From: Thermoproteota archaeon
GTDB taxonomy: Archaea; Thermoproteota; Thermoprotei; Thermofilales; B9-G17
Direction: 5' to 3'
NCBI GenBank assembly: GCA_029258885.1
Contig: JAPDJW010000002.1
Coordinates: forward strand, 320,001-384,000
Length of the DNA: 64,000 bases
The stretch's first letter is position 1, and each line of letters starts with the position of its first letter. This document shows positions 30,231 through 40,854 of the stretch, piece by piece. The notes under the pieces are model-generated. The model did not search any database. It saw only the letters and a program-made list of their open reading frames with translations, and was not told the origin of the DNA. The translations under genes were made by a program, and so were the position numbers.

Positions 30231-31242
30231 TTTTCTTTATACCCAGCTTTCTTTTCACAAGTTCTATCATATCTTCCTTAACGCCAAGGTATATATCCAG
30301 AGTATGGCTTGCAACGGAGACGTATCTCCTATGGACGTAGACCGCTGGTCTAAAGTGAAGCTCTATCTCTCCAAAGGATAGCTCGGGATTGGAGTTGTAC
30401 GACTGTACAGCGCCTCGAGGACCTTTGGGATCGTATTTAGCTACATCAAGGCATTCGCTTTGACTCCTAGGTAGATCATGGCTTGACGAAACTATTAGAC
30501 AATATCTTCCATCATGTTGCCTAAATAGATAGCTGATTAATTCCATCCTTAAGTCCTCAGGCCTTACGCCAAGCTTAAATACGCTACGTCCATCAATTAG
30601 AAACTCCACGTGGTCATCCGCTACTACAAGCCTATCCTCCGGAATAGGTCCAAAGTAATGGACAGGCTTTGAATCAGTAACTGTTGGGACGATTACCACG
30701 CCGTATCCATCCTCACCAGGATAAACTTGAGTTAAGGTCCATAGGTTAACGGTGGAGGATGATCTAACGTTAATAGCTTCCATGACCTCTATCCTACAGT
30801 AACTGATTCCATTAACTATTCCATCCTCTAGGAGCCTTATCTGCCGTATAAGCCCCCCAGTAACGAACTTCTCAGCAATCCAATCATAGACTTTCACAAG
30901 TGTTTCGAGTACGGCCAACCTATCCGTAGCCTCCCTGAACCTATAGTATGCTGGATCAAGCCCTCTCGGACAATACCATCCCTCAAACTCCTCGGGCTTC
31001 TTGTAGAAGAACCTGCGTTCAGGGGATATCCATATCCTATTACCGCCGATATTCCATTCTCTACGCCTAATTAAGTACCCTAAGCTCCTATTAGTCCAAA
31101 AAACGTTAGGCGAATCGCCGATAAACACGCCTAGAATTCTGGCTCCATGCTCCGTAACAACAATCCTGGATATATCTCCCTTCAGTATTTTGTATACAGT
31201 CCTACCGGATAATTCTCCAATTAGCTCTCTAATCAAATACAT
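30214..31242 (-). CDS. Hypothetical protein, probable galactose-mutarotase-like fold
   Basis: GARILG and WNIGGNRIWISPE motifs, beta-rich sequence. Confidence 0.55.
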   Translation of the reverse strand: MYLIRELIGELSGRTVYKILKGDISRIVVTEHGARILGVFIGDSPNVFWTNRSLGYLIRRREWNIGGNRIWISPERRFFYKKPEEFEGWYCPRGLDPAYYRFREATDRLAVLETLVKVYDWIAEKFVTGGLIRQIRLLEDGIVNGISYCRIEVMEAINVRSSSTVNLWTLTQVYPGEDGYGVVIVPTVTDSKPVHYFGPIPEDRLVVADDHVEFLIDGRSVFKLGVRPEDLRMELISYLFRQHDGRYCLIVSSSHDLPRSQSECLDVAKYDPKGPRGAVQSYNSNPELSFGEIELHFRPAVYVHRRYVSVASHTLDIYLGVKEDMIELVKRKLGIKKITLLS

Positions 31243-31243
31243 G

Positions 31244-32497
31244 CTACCACGGCCTAGAATCTAAATTAAGCTTATCGAGCTGGCTTAAAACGTACTCCCT
31301 CTCCTCCCTTGGATCCGGAAACTCCATTACTACTTTGCCATCTAGTATCAATGGTTTAAGCATGTTATCCATTTCTCCGCCACACTTTGGACACTTAGGA
31401 GCCTCCTCACCCGTAAGCCTAACGATATCTATTAGGCACTTCGGACACCTATAGACCTTCTTCACTCCCGAAAGCTTACCCCTCTTAGCAGCTGGAATCC
31501 ATCTTCCATCCTTCTTAACGGCAACTATATCCATAGCTATATCGATAATCCTAGCGTTAGCTATAGCCGAGCCTACTCCAAAACCGTCCGCTCCAGCCGC
31601 CTTAAGCCTAGGTATAGAGTACTCGTTAATTCCACCCGAGACAAAAACTTTCACATTGCTGTATCCCCTAACCTTAAGCTCCCACTTAACCTCCCTAATA
31701 ATATCCTCAAAACTACCTCTCCTAGAAGAGGGCGTATCCAGCCTAACACCCCACAGTTTGCTGGCTCCTACCGCCTGAACTGCACGTAACGTCTCTCTAA
31801 CTTCATCACTATAGGTGTCCACGAGCATTATCCTTGGCACATCCGGAGGCATAACTCTATCATAGGCCTTCCACGCCTCCTCCTGACTCCCCCTCACTAT
31901 AGTATATATTATTATGAGGCTGTGGGGCATAGTTCCGGTAGGCTTAATACCTAGGAACTTCTCAGCTCCCAGAACGCAGGAAACTCCGTCACAACCGCCT
32001 ATATAGGCGTAAAAGGCGTTAAAGGGAGCTATAGCTGGATGAGTCCGTCTAGCTCCAAAGGATATAACTGGAGTATCCCTACCAGCCGCTTTCTTACACC
32101 TAGCCGCCTTAGTAGCTATACCCGATCCAGTAGCTAGGAACCCTAAAAGCGGCGTCTCGTACTCGATAAACTCGCCGTACGGCCCTTCAATAGCCATTAT
32201 GGGAATCTTAACTCCATAGTAATCCCTTTTATATATCACCGATCCCTCTGGGAAAGAATATACATTAATCTTTAGTCCCTCCAGTAGCTTAGCTGCATCT
32301 CTAACTCCTCCAAGAATTCCCCAGTAGTAATCCTCAGGCATAGAGCTTATCGTAAGCTCGGCATATACCTCCGTCCTATCCAGCTTATCGTCCTCAAGAA
32401 TTCTCCTAGTCCTCAAGAAGTAGACGTCGGTTACAGCAGCGTGTTTCACCTCATCGAAGCTAGCGTAAATAAAGGAATTAGTCAAATAAATCACCAA
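31244..32497 (-). CDS. pncB: Nicotinate phosphoribosyltransferase
   Basis: TDVYF, SFGARR, GTMPHS, LVDTY, GVRLDT and VSGG motifs. C-terminal Zn ribbon. Confidence 0.92.
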   Translation of the reverse strand: MVIYLTNSFIYASFDEVKHAAVTDVYFLRTRRILEDDKLDRTEVYAELTISSMPEDYYWGILGGVRDAAKLLEGLKINVYSFPEGSVIYKRDYYGVKIPIMAIEGPYGEFIEYETPLLGFLATGSGIATKAARCKKAAGRDTPVISFGARRTHPAIAPFNAFYAYIGGCDGVSCVLGAEKFLGIKPTGTMPHSLIIIYTIVRGSQEEAWKAYDRVMPPDVPRIMLVDTYSDEVRETLRAVQAVGASKLWGVRLDTPSSRRGSFEDIIREVKWELKVRGYSNVKVFVSGGINEYSIPRLKAAGADGFGVGSAIANARIIDIAMDIVAVKKDGRWIPAAKRGKLSGVKKVYRCPKCLIDIVRLTGEEAPKCPKCGGEMDNMLKPLILDGKVVMEFPDPREEREYVLSQLDKLNLDSRPW

Positions 32498-32579
32498 TAT
32501 GCGTAGAAAGTAAGCTTGCTTATATTGTTTATTATTCCATATTGAAATTTTTCACGAAACATTTTAGGTAGCATAATCT

Positions 32580-32822
32580 TTACTCTTCAGTAAGCAGTTT
32601 TTCATTCAAAAATAGCATTAATCTTCCATTATATCGTTGGATAGATACTAGGCCAACCCTGCTTAAAATAAGAAGGTGGCTCGATATTTTGCCAGGGCTT
32701 ATGTTTAAATCCTTAGCCAGCTTTTTAATCGAAATTCCGGGGTTTTCCATTAGATATAGGATTATTTCCCTCCGCTCCGGATTTCCGAGGGCGTCGCTAA
32801 TCGAAAGAACTTTTCTAGGCAA
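32580..32822 (-). CDS. ArsR-family winged-HTH regulator
   Basis: ALGNPERREIILYL...ISSHLLILSRVGLV. Confidence 0.8.
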   Translation of the reverse strand: MPRKVLSISDALGNPERREIILYLMENPGISIKKLAKDLNISPGKISSHLLILSRVGLVSIQRYNGRLMLFLNEKLLTEE

Positions 32823-32943
32823 TGCAGTTCACCGCCAACGTTACAACGCGTTGTTGTATACCTTATACCGGACTTCTGATATAAGGCTTTATACGTTCAA
32901 GGTTATAGAATATTTACTTCTACTGTTTTATCCCATCACTATC

Positions 32944-33615
32944 TCAGAATGTTATAAATACTTTAACTAGGCTACCATCACTTAATCCAAGTTTTTCCCT
33001 CAGGTTATAGGGCGATATTATCTCTATAACATCAGGGCCATAATGTGTTCTCTCTATTAGCAGAACGGCTCCCTCAATTTCCCCCTCAATTGAAGCCTTA
33101 AAACACTTTACGCCGCCATATCTCCTAAACTTGTTCCTGTAGCCCGGTATGCCTATACCCTCCATAACCTCGAGCATCTTTCTAACTTTAATGCTATCTG
33201 GGGTAAGCCTTAAGTTGAGCGTCCCCGGATACGGCTCGAAGCCCAGCACCTCCTTAAACTTCCTCATATAGTATGGTATCGACACGTAGTAACGGCCCTC
33301 GCCAAACCCAGTGAATACTCTGCCCTTCAACATAAGTATTTCTATCTCACCTTTAAAGCACCTATTAAGGTCAAAATACACCTTATATAGATAGTCCCTG
33401 CCCTTCTGAGTTAACAGAATATACTGCCCTCTATTGGTAACTCTCCTTTCAATATAGCCCAGCTTTTCAAGCTCTATAAGCCTCCTAGAGGCATTTTGCT
33501 GTGACATCTTTAATAATAGGGCAAGATCCTTCGAGCTTACCAGCTTCTTATCGTTTATACATCCTAGACAGGCTAGCTTATACAGCGTAAATAGTATACT
33601 CTCCTCCTTCACCAT
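32944..33615 (-). CDS. ribK: CTP-dependent riboflavin kinase with an N-terminal wHTH
   Basis: SQQNASRRLIELE, GRVFTGFGEGRYY, PYPGTLN, ERTHY and IEIISPYNLREKL motifs. Confidence 0.95.
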   Translation of the reverse strand: MVKEESILFTLYKLACLGCINDKKLVSSKDLALLLKMSQQNASRRLIELEKLGYIERRVTNRGQYILLTQKGRDYLYKVYFDLNRCFKGEIEILMLKGRVFTGFGEGRYYVSIPYYMRKFKEVLGFEPYPGTLNLRLTPDSIKVRKMLEVMEGIGIPGYRNKFRRYGGVKCFKASIEGEIEGAVLLIERTHYGPDVIEIISPYNLREKLGLSDGSLVKVFITF

Positions 33616-33635
33616 GTTTCTAATTACGTATTGCC

Positions 33636-34112
33636 TTATGAAATAATTATCTCCTCATCGTCTTCGCTTGACCTAAGTATTCTAATGGATTGTACTCCAA
33701 CTATTCCAAGGGCGAAAAGCACTACGGGGTTGTTTTTAAGGGATGCTAGGGACGCGCTTACTCCGCAGGCAGCTATCTCCGTTATACACGTTACTATAAG
33801 GTTCAGGTTATTGACTATGGCTAGCGTAATTATGAGCGCCAGCATTATTGAGAATGGATGCAATGGTTTCACGTTAAGCTTATACAGTATCCAGGAGTAG
33901 AGTAGCGCTATAAACGCTATAGCATGGATTATTCCCGATATGAACGCTATCCATATTGGCAGGAAAATATTTGAAATTCTTCCAGTGAAGAAGAGCTCTA
34001 GCAGCAGATATGCGAGGCTTACATTAATAGCCGTTATAGTAGCGTTCAGGCTAAATCTAAATAATTTCGTTGTTCTCTCGTCTTCGAAAGGCTCCCTTAT
34101 AAACTCCAGCAT
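33636..34112 (-). CDS. Integral membrane hypothetical protein
   Basis: About 4 hydrophobic segments, in an operon with ribK. Confidence 0.6.
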   Translation of the reverse strand: MLEFIREPFEDERTTKLFRFSLNATITAINVSLAYLLLELFFTGRISNIFLPIWIAFISGIIHAIAFIALLYSWILYKLNVKPLHPFSIMLALIITLAIVNNLNLIVTCITEIAACGVSASLASLKNNPVVLFALGIVGVQSIRILRSSEDDEEIIIS

Positions 34113-34225
34113 AAATTCTGCACCAGAATTAAAGCTCCTAATAACAACCTATTTATTTTCTCAACACGATTAATGAGATATATTAAAGTATTATCCATAG
34201 ATATATAGCTTGAGAGTGTGTACAT

Positions 34226-34777
34226 ATGAATCGACCGCTAATATTGCTCCAGCCGTTAGGTACTGTGGATGTAAACCTGTTAAAATATCTGAAGGAGGGC
34301 ATAGAGGAGAGGCTTGACGTACGCGTAGTATTATCAGCCATGAAGATGGATGTTCCGGAGGATGCCTACGTTAAATCTAGGAGGCAGTATGTTTCAGAGA
34401 AAATAATCATGTATCTGCGTGATAAAACGATAAAACTTAACTACGATAGGGTGCTTGGAGTAGCAGATGTGGATGCTTTTTCTCCAGGTCTAAACTTCGT
34501 CTTCGGGCAGGCGTGGAGAAGCTATGCTGTAATATATCTGCCTAGATTAAGGCAGGAGTTCTATAAAATAAAGCCCAATCCTGAGCTGTTTAAGTTGAGG
34601 GCTTTAAAGGAGGCTCTACACGAACTCGGCCATACGTTCGGCTTAATGCATTGTCCAAACAGCTACTGCGTAATGCACTTCAGCAACAGCATAGTTGACA
34701 CAGATATGAAGAAGGCCGAATACTGCTTCAACTGTAGGTTTAAGTTGGCAGTAACGGGCATAAGAGTTAAGACTTGA
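34226..34777 (+). CDS. amzA: Archaemetzincin (M54 zinc metalloprotease)
   Basis: HELGHTFGLMHCPNSYCVMHFSNS...CxxC. Confidence 0.95.
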   Translation: MNRPLILLQPLGTVDVNLLKYLKEGIEERLDVRVVLSAMKMDVPEDAYVKSRRQYVSEKIIMYLRDKTIKLNYDRVLGVADVDAFSPGLNFVFGQAWRSYAVIYLPRLRQEFYKIKPNPELFKLRALKEALHELGHTFGLMHCPNSYCVMHFSNSIVDTDMKKAEYCFNCRFKLAVTGIRVKT

Positions 34778-35651
34778 GGGTAAAGTACCTCAATGCATCC
34801 GTTATATTGGCGACTTCTCTTACCGTTATATTATAGCCCATGCTTCGTAGCTCCTCTTCAAGGCTAACAGTCCTGCTCTTATAAGTTATAAGAACTACTC
34901 CAGGGGCAATGTTCTTCTTCACAGGAATATATTTGACTATCTTCGACTGCCCCTTTGGTACCAGAAATAGCGTTATGTTTCTTTTAGCTGCAGCAAGCGC
35001 TTTTTCATATACTCCTCCAACGGGACCTATACTTCCATCGGATAGTATGGTTCCTGTTATAGCTACGTCCTTTCTAATTGTAATGTTTCCCAGGAGGGAT
35101 ATTAGGAGCACTGTTATAGCTGCGCCAGCGGATGGGCCATCAACCACGTTAATCGACCTATTAGCCACGATGACTAGCATTACATCGAAGTCGTTTCCAA
35201 CACCGACGTAGTTTCTGGCAACCATATAGGCTATTTCAGCCGACCTCTGGAGGTCTATTCCTATTTTAGGAGTAGTTGATACGAAGACTCTCCCTGAGCC
35301 GGGAACTATCTTAGCGTAAGCCCACATAACCTCTCCAACTAACTCCTTTTCGAAGAAGCTGACGTACCTTACGTATACTCCAACTATAGGTATCCAACCG
35401 TATCCTGCTAGCGAGACGTTTCCAGCATATGGATGCTGGTAGCTCGTGTTTAAAAGCTCAATAGTCTTCTTTAGAACAATAATCTCTTTCTTAAGCTTCT
35501 CATTCTCCTCACTCAAGTACCTAGTATAGTTGAGTAGCTCATTTATCGCCTTATCCTTTTCCTCCAACTTAATGTACATATAGGTATAAGTGAATACGTT
35601 TAATATCAGGGAGATAGCCAGGGCTAAAGCTAGAGCCTTATTCAGCTCCAT
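34767..35651 (-). CDS. Membrane-anchored Lon-like (S16) serine protease domain protein
   Basis: VDGPSAG, ITGTILSDGSIGPVGGVYEKALAA, signal anchor plus coiled-coil. Confidence 0.9.
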   Translation of the reverse strand: MELNKALALALAISLILNVFTYTYMYIKLEEKDKAINELLNYTRYLSEENEKLKKEIIVLKKTIELLNTSYQHPYAGNVSLAGYGWIPIVGVYVRYVSFFEKELVGEVMWAYAKIVPGSGRVFVSTTPKIGIDLQRSAEIAYMVARNYVGVGNDFDVMLVIVANRSINVVDGPSAGAAITVLLISLLGNITIRKDVAITGTILSDGSIGPVGGVYEKALAAAKRNITLFLVPKGQSKIVKYIPVKKNIAPGVVLITYKSRTVSLEEELRSMGYNITVREVANITDALRYFTLKS

Positions 35652-36372
35652 GTCCAGCGCCCCGACTTAAGTACATCCTCTTTAAAATTGGTATACTCTC
35701 AATCTTATCCTTATCGAGCTTATCCCAGTATATCCCCCTAGGCTTCGGATACTTACCCAACGTCTTAATGTATCTATTAGGAGTAAATATTGCGTCCACG
35801 GGAACATCGTGTACATCCATTGGAATATATTCGACTATCTGTATCTCATGCACGCTGGTAACGACTGGAGTATTTTCACCTATAGCTCCGATCTCCCGCA
35901 GAATAGCGTATTCTAAATCGGAGTATCCACCACCTTTACCGAGCTTTGCTCCCTCGATAGTCACAGCAACACAACCAGTAACCTTCAAATCTATAGTTAA
36001 GCCGCTCAGGTCGTCCGTAACCTTACCGTATTTAAACGCTCCAGCTATTGTGGAGGCATATCTTTCCTTCCCCCTCGGAACGTCCCCCCTCCTAATTACT
36101 ATGAATCCCTGCCTTAGCCTAGGGGATGCCATAATCAAAGTTTTTCCACCTAGAATTACATGCTCCCTAACTATGCGTTGGGGGGAGTCAGGGTTGCAGA
36201 ACACCACCTTAGCTTCATCGAAGTATTTGGATCTCACCAGCCTCAGGCCAGCTCTATTACTGCCCCTAAAGTTCGGGATCCTATGGTAGACTGGCCTAGG
36301 GAATATTGCTATGTTTTTCTCCTCCATGGTTTTCCATATATATTTGCGTATATCTTCCTTGTTCACGTACAT
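35638..36372 (-). CDS. 5-formyltetrahydrofolate cyclo-ligase family (MTHFSD-like)
   Basis: RIPNFRGS, NPDSPQR, GKGGGYSDLEY and HDVPVDAIFTP motifs. Confidence 0.9.
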   Translation of the reverse strand: MYVNKEDIRKYIWKTMEEKNIAIFPRPVYHRIPNFRGSNRAGLRLVRSKYFDEAKVVFCNPDSPQRIVREHVILGGKTLIMASPRLRQGFIVIRRGDVPRGKERYASTIAGAFKYGKVTDDLSGLTIDLKVTGCVAVTIEGAKLGKGGGYSDLEYAILREIGAIGENTPVVTSVHEIQIVEYIPMDVHDVPVDAIFTPNRYIKTLGKYPKPRGIYWDKLDKDKIESIPILKRMYLSRGAGHGAE

Positions 36373-36531
36373 ACCCTATACTTCATTTAAACGATAATGT
36401 ACATAACGCTCCCGTATATATTTTTTGAGCATATAACTGAAAGAAAAGATGATTGATGTTCAATTTTATTTTAAAATAATCATACAAGAATATTGGATGT
36501 GGGGATTAGTTTCCTATAATTAAGATAATAG

Positions 36532-36780
36532 GTGTATATTGTTCGGGTGATATGGATGGTGAGGAAGAGGTATGGGAAAAACATGATATTAATAACTGTT
36601 CATATAACGGAGCAGCAGCTAAGGGCGCTGGATAAGCTGGTGCAGATGAGAATATTCCCCAGCAGAAGCGAGGCAATAAGGACAGCTATCAGGGAGCTAA
36701 TAGACAGGTATCTGTCAGGGTATAGGGAGACTCCGGTGACGATGGGCGGCTTTGGTTCATATTTAACTCCTGGTCCTTAG
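36532..36780 (+). CDS. Ribbon-helix-helix (CopG/Arc/MetJ) regulator
   Basis: ITVHITEQQLRALDKLV...SRSEAIRTAIRELI. Confidence 0.85.
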   Translation: MYIVRVIWMVRKRYGKNMILITVHITEQQLRALDKLVQMRIFPSRSEAIRTAIRELIDRYLSGYRETPVTMGGFGSYLTPGP

Positions 36781-36834
36781 TTCGCCATAACTTTTAGGCT
36801 AAACTTAATTTTCTCTATTTTCTATTTTTTATTT

Positions 36835-38355
36835 ATGTTTACATATGATTCTATACTATCCAGCCACATGAGGGCTATTGAGGATAACTGTGAATGGCTT
36901 GGCATATCTAAGCTCATTTTAATGGAGAATGCTGGTAAATCCATATTCAACGAGGTTTCCCGGAGATTTAAGAGCCTAAAAGGGCTAGGGGTACTCATTG
37001 TCTGTGGAACAGGAAACAACGGTGGAGACGGATTTGTAGCTGCTAGACATCTATCCGCATCAGGAGCCAGCGTTACTGTAATTCTAGTTGGATCAGGTAA
37101 GGATATTAGGACGCATGAAGCAAGAACAAACTTCAATATATTGAGGAATATGGAGCATACGGTGAGAATACTCGAGGTAAAGAGCATCAATGATCTAAGT
37201 AAGGTCGAGGAATTCTTTGCCGGGGCGCAGGTTATTATTGACGCTATATTTGGAACAGGATTAAAGGGCGAGGTTAGAGAGCCGTATAGGTCGGCTATAA
37301 ACCTTATAAACTCAAGTAAAGCTGTTAAGATAGCTGTAGATGTGCCATCAGGCCTTAATCCGGATACGGGAGAGGTTCACGGGGTATGTGTAAAGGCTGA
37401 TGTAACAGTAACTTTCCATAGAGTTAAGCATGGATTAACTTTAAACAGGGAGTATGCTGGCGAGATAGTGGTTGCCAACATAGGGATACCGCTGGAAGCG
37501 GAGCTTTTCGTGGGGCCTGGAGACCTAAAATCCATATACAGGCCTAGAAGCCCGTATTCAAAGAAGGGCGATAACGGGAGAATACTGGTGGTTGGGGGAT
37601 CCGAGGACTACGCCGGTGCTCCAGCGCTTGTAGCATTAGCTTCACTTAGAGCTGGCGCTGATCTAGCTATCGTAGCGGCTCCGGTATCGGTTGCGAATGT
37701 TATTAGGAGCTATTCGCCTAATCTCATAGTTAGGGAGCTATGCGACAAGAATCTCTGTCCCGCCGATATATCATATGTACTGAATTTGGCTGAAAAATGT
37801 GATGTAATGGTTATAGGGCCTGGGCTTGGATTAAGGGAGGAAACAGTGGTAGCTGTATCCGAAATAATTAAACGATCTAGAAAGCCGATGGTCATAGACG
37901 CCGATGCACTGAAAGTTCTATCCCAAGATCTTAATATGGTTAAGGGTAAGAGCGCCGTATTGACGCCGCATGCGGGCGAGTTTGCAAAGCTGACGGGAGT
38001 CACTCTGGGGCCAGAGTATAGAGAGAGGATGGAGCCTGTGAGGAGCCTAGCTCAAGAGCTCAATGTAGTTGTTTTATTGAAGGGACACTACGATGTAATA
38101 TCTGACGGCAGGAGGATAAAGGTTAATAGGACGGGCACTTCTGCAATGACTGTTGGAGGCACAGGGGACGTATTATCCGGGTTAACTGCAACCTTAATTG
38201 CACAGACGGGGGACCTATTTGGATCAGCCTGTGTTGCGGCCTTTATTAACGGTATTGCTGGTGAGCTGGCCGAGGAGAGATATGGAGCACGTATACTAGC
38301 TACCGATGTTATAGATATGATACCTTATGCCTTTAAGAAGATCCTAGAGGGGTAG
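36835..38355 (+). CDS. nnr: Bifunctional NAD(P)H-hydrate epimerase/dehydratase
   Basis: LMENAG, GTGNNGGDG, IDAIFGTG, AVDVPSG, KKGDNG, LTPHAGE and GGTGDVLSG motifs. Confidence 0.96.
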   Translation: MFTYDSILSSHMRAIEDNCEWLGISKLILMENAGKSIFNEVSRRFKSLKGLGVLIVCGTGNNGGDGFVAARHLSASGASVTVILVGSGKDIRTHEARTNFNILRNMEHTVRILEVKSINDLSKVEEFFAGAQVIIDAIFGTGLKGEVREPYRSAINLINSSKAVKIAVDVPSGLNPDTGEVHGVCVKADVTVTFHRVKHGLTLNREYAGEIVVANIGIPLEAELFVGPGDLKSIYRPRSPYSKKGDNGRILVVGGSEDYAGAPALVALASLRAGADLAIVAAPVSVANVIRSYSPNLIVRELCDKNLCPADISYVLNLAEKCDVMVIGPGLGLREETVVAVSEIIKRSRKPMVIDADALKVLSQDLNMVKGKSAVLTPHAGEFAKLTGVTLGPEYRERMEPVRSLAQELNVVVLLKGHYDVISDGRRIKVNRTGTSAMTVGGTGDVLSGLTATLIAQTGDLFGSACVAAFINGIAGELAEERYGARILATDVIDMIPYAFKKILEG

Positions 38356-39537
38356 GTATTCCCTATATATCCATCCTCTATTAGGGTCGAAGTTATCCTT
38401 TGGTAGAGGCTTCCACGTATAGCTTTCAGGCGGCAGAAACATTACCATGAATTTCTCTATGCCAAAGCTCTCTGATAAATCGCTTGCCGTAAACTTAAGT
38501 AGTTTTCCCAGATCATCTACTGGAACATCGAGTACTGCGAAGAGGACGTTTCTCCTAAGTTCCTTAGCCATAGATACGACGTACGGCGTCTCCCTAAGAA
38601 CTCCAGCGAATGTTGCTAGGTCGTCGAATCTCCTAAAGTTATATACAAATAATAGCCTATTAGATGTTCCAGGCATAAACCTCGGGAAATCCACCATATA
38701 CTCCTTAACGAGTGTTTCATCAACGTGTTCATCATAGTGATATTTAATGAGCGATCTGCTTACCCCCTCTCTTTTAGCTATCTTCGCCAGCCTCGTGGTG
38801 GCATCAACCTCCAGTGCCCATATGATAGCTATATCCAGGTAGTCTGCCTGTATCCTGAAGTATTCTGGCTCCTCAAACTCCTCCTCAACTATCTTTTCCT
38901 CCCTAATCCTTGATACGAACCTCTCTAAGTTAAATCTCCAATTCCTTTTTCTAACACTGAAGTACCTAAAGTTCGGTAGATAATACTTAAAATTTGAAGT
39001 ATAGTATATTCTGTAGTCCTCTATAATCCCTCGTTCGCTTATAGTTGCAATAAATTTCTCAAAATACTTTATTCGATCAATGGGTATAGTAAACCAAGCA
39101 TATAGCCCGTTGATAGCGCCGTAGCACTCCATAATCTCATGAAGATAGTCATGTTTAGCTAAGACTTCCTTAGCCTTATTCATACTTCTTAGGGGAGAAG
39201 TTGATAGAACTACGACATTTATGAGGCCGAGTAGATGGTATTCAGGAACTGCCCTAACGGTCAGTAATTTATCTTTTCTAAGCCTAACGTATCTTGAATG
39301 TACAGTTCTCTTTGGAGCATTAATGTTCCTAGCTATAGCCGATAGATTCCTGGGACCTATAATCTTAATCTCCTTAATAATTTTAATATTAAGTTCATCA
39401 AGGTGGCCCATAACCTTAGCGAAAATGCCGGGTTCAAGAGTTAGGGTCTTCTTCCTCCTCATGAGAACACCAGCACACTTTAAGATATTCATCTTAAGAA
39501 TATAAAACTTTCCAAAAGAAAGAATCGTTTGTATCAA
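38344..39537 (-). CDS. Tandem Lrp/AsnC-like regulator
   Basis: Two HTH segments (NLSAIARNINAPKRTV and LDIAIIWALEVDATTRLAKIAK), each followed by an alpha/beta domain. Confidence 0.65.
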   Translation of the reverse strand: MIQTILSFGKFYILKMNILKCAGVLMRRKKTLTLEPGIFAKVMGHLDELNIKIIKEIKIIGPRNLSAIARNINAPKRTVHSRYVRLRKDKLLTVRAVPEYHLLGLINVVVLSTSPLRSMNKAKEVLAKHDYLHEIMECYGAINGLYAWFTIPIDRIKYFEKFIATISERGIIEDYRIYYTSNFKYYLPNFRYFSVRKRNWRFNLERFVSRIREEKIVEEEFEEPEYFRIQADYLDIAIIWALEVDATTRLAKIAKREGVSRSLIKYHYDEHVDETLVKEYMVDFPRFMPGTSNRLLFVYNFRRFDDLATFAGVLRETPYVVSMAKELRRNVLFAVLDVPVDDLGKLLKFTASDLSESFGIEKFMVMFLPPESYTWKPLPKDNFDPNRGWIYREYLPL

Positions 39538-39564
39538 TAGCAGGATACTAGGAGCAATATTTTC

Positions 39565-39891
39565 TTATTCAACAGGAGTGCCTGGCGGGACTTCACTATC
39601 GGTTGTTAGGAGAACCGGTTTACCGTCAGCAACTGCCGCTAAAAGCATACCGTGGGACACTATCCCCCTAATCACTTTAGGCTTAAGGTTAGTCACCACA
39701 ACTATATTCTTGCCAATTAATTCCTCAGGCTTATAGTATTCAGCTATACCGGCGACAAGCTGTCTAGTTTCAGCGCCTAAATCCACCTCAATTCTAAGTA
39801 ACTTAGATGTTCCCGGTATTCTCTCAGCAGAAACCACTTTACCAACTTTAAGCTCCACCTTTTTAAACTCGTCAAAGGATATATAGCTCAT
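39565..39891 (-). CDS. tRNA-binding OB-fold protein (Trbp111 / MetRS C-terminal domain)
   Basis: FDEFKKVELKVGKV, RQLVAGI, VTNLKPKVIRGIVSHGMLLA. Confidence 0.92.
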   Translation of the reverse strand: MSYISFDEFKKVELKVGKVVSAERIPGTSKLLRIEVDLGAETRQLVAGIAEYYKPEELIGKNIVVVTNLKPKVIRGIVSHGMLLAAVADGKPVLLTTDSEVPPGTPVE

Positions 39892-39987
39892 CCAATCACC
39901 ATAGAAAATAATGTCCAGGTTATACCCTTAAAACTTTAATCATATTCTTCGCCATAAACGAAGCCTTAACTGAGGCTGTTAATTACG

Positions 39988-40854
39988 CTAGCTCCATATT
40001 GATTCATAGTCTTCCTTAAGCCTTTTTCTTGTAATATGAGTATATACCTGCGTAGTCTTAAGACTTGCATGGCCCAGAAGTTCCTGAATTTCTCTAACAT
40101 CCATACCGCGGCTTAGAGCAAAAGTTGCAAAACTATGTCTCAAAATGTGAGGGGTAACTTTCTTCTTTAGGCCAGCTTTTAAGGCTATCCGCTTAAGCCT
40201 CCTTTCAATGGTAACATAGTTTAGCTTCCCCTTCCTCCCCTTCAGCAAGTATTCATCCTGATCTCTCCTCCTTATCATCTTCCTGAGGAATTTCTCGGTT
40301 CTCCTATTGAAGAAGACCTCCCTCTCCTTTCCTCCCTTACCGTAAACTCTAATGCTCCTCTCTCTTAGATCTATATCCTTGATCTTTATGTTAACCAGCT
40401 CGCTTACACGGATACCCGTAGAGTAGAGGAGCAAAATAATGAGCTTATCCTCCAGGCTTTCAGCCGCCTCGAGAAGCTTCAAAACCTCCTCATAAGTGAG
40501 GAACCTCGGCAGAACCTTAGGTCTACGCGGATACTCAAACTTCTTAAGCGGCTCAGTTATCTCATGGTACTCGAGAAACCTCTTAATCGCGACAGCAGCA
40601 GTATAGAGGCTCTTCTCACTGTAGCCGTTTTTCCTTAAGTAAGCTAGAAATCCATCAATATCCTGTATAGTCACCCTCCTAACATCTTTTCCATTTAAGT
40701 ATCTTAAAAATCTACTAATAATGCTCCTAAAAGTTCTTATAGTTTTAATAGATTTATTTCTAGCCAATAAGTGATCGATATACTTCTCTAAAAGCTTCTC
40801 ATTAGCATCCATAGCTGTTCCTATACCACTAGACTTAGAACTCATACCTAACAC
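39988..40854 (-). CDS. xerA: Site-specific tyrosine recombinase XerA
   Basis: LYSTGIRVSEL, GKGGKER, TPHILRHSFAT and QELLGHASLKTTQVYTH motifs. Confidence 0.88.
   Translation of the reverse strand: MLGMSSKSSGIGTAMDANEKLLEKYIDHLLARNKSIKTIRTFRSIISRFLRYLNGKDVRRVTIQDIDGFLAYLRKNGYSEKSLYTAAVAIKRFLEYHEITEPLKKFEYPRRPKVLPRFLTYEEVLKLLEAAESLEDKLIILLLYSTGIRVSELVNIKIKDIDLRERSIRVYGKGGKEREVFFNRRTEKFLRKMIRRRDQDEYLLKGRKGKLNYVTIERRLKRIALKAGLKKKVTPHILRHSFATFALSRGMDVREIQELLGHASLKTTQVYTHITRKRLKEDYESIWS

Noticed and set aside
39988-40854. xerA as the integrase of a second mobile element
   Set aside because: Canonical XerA-like motifs and length, housekeeping neighbours, and no flanking direct repeats seen.
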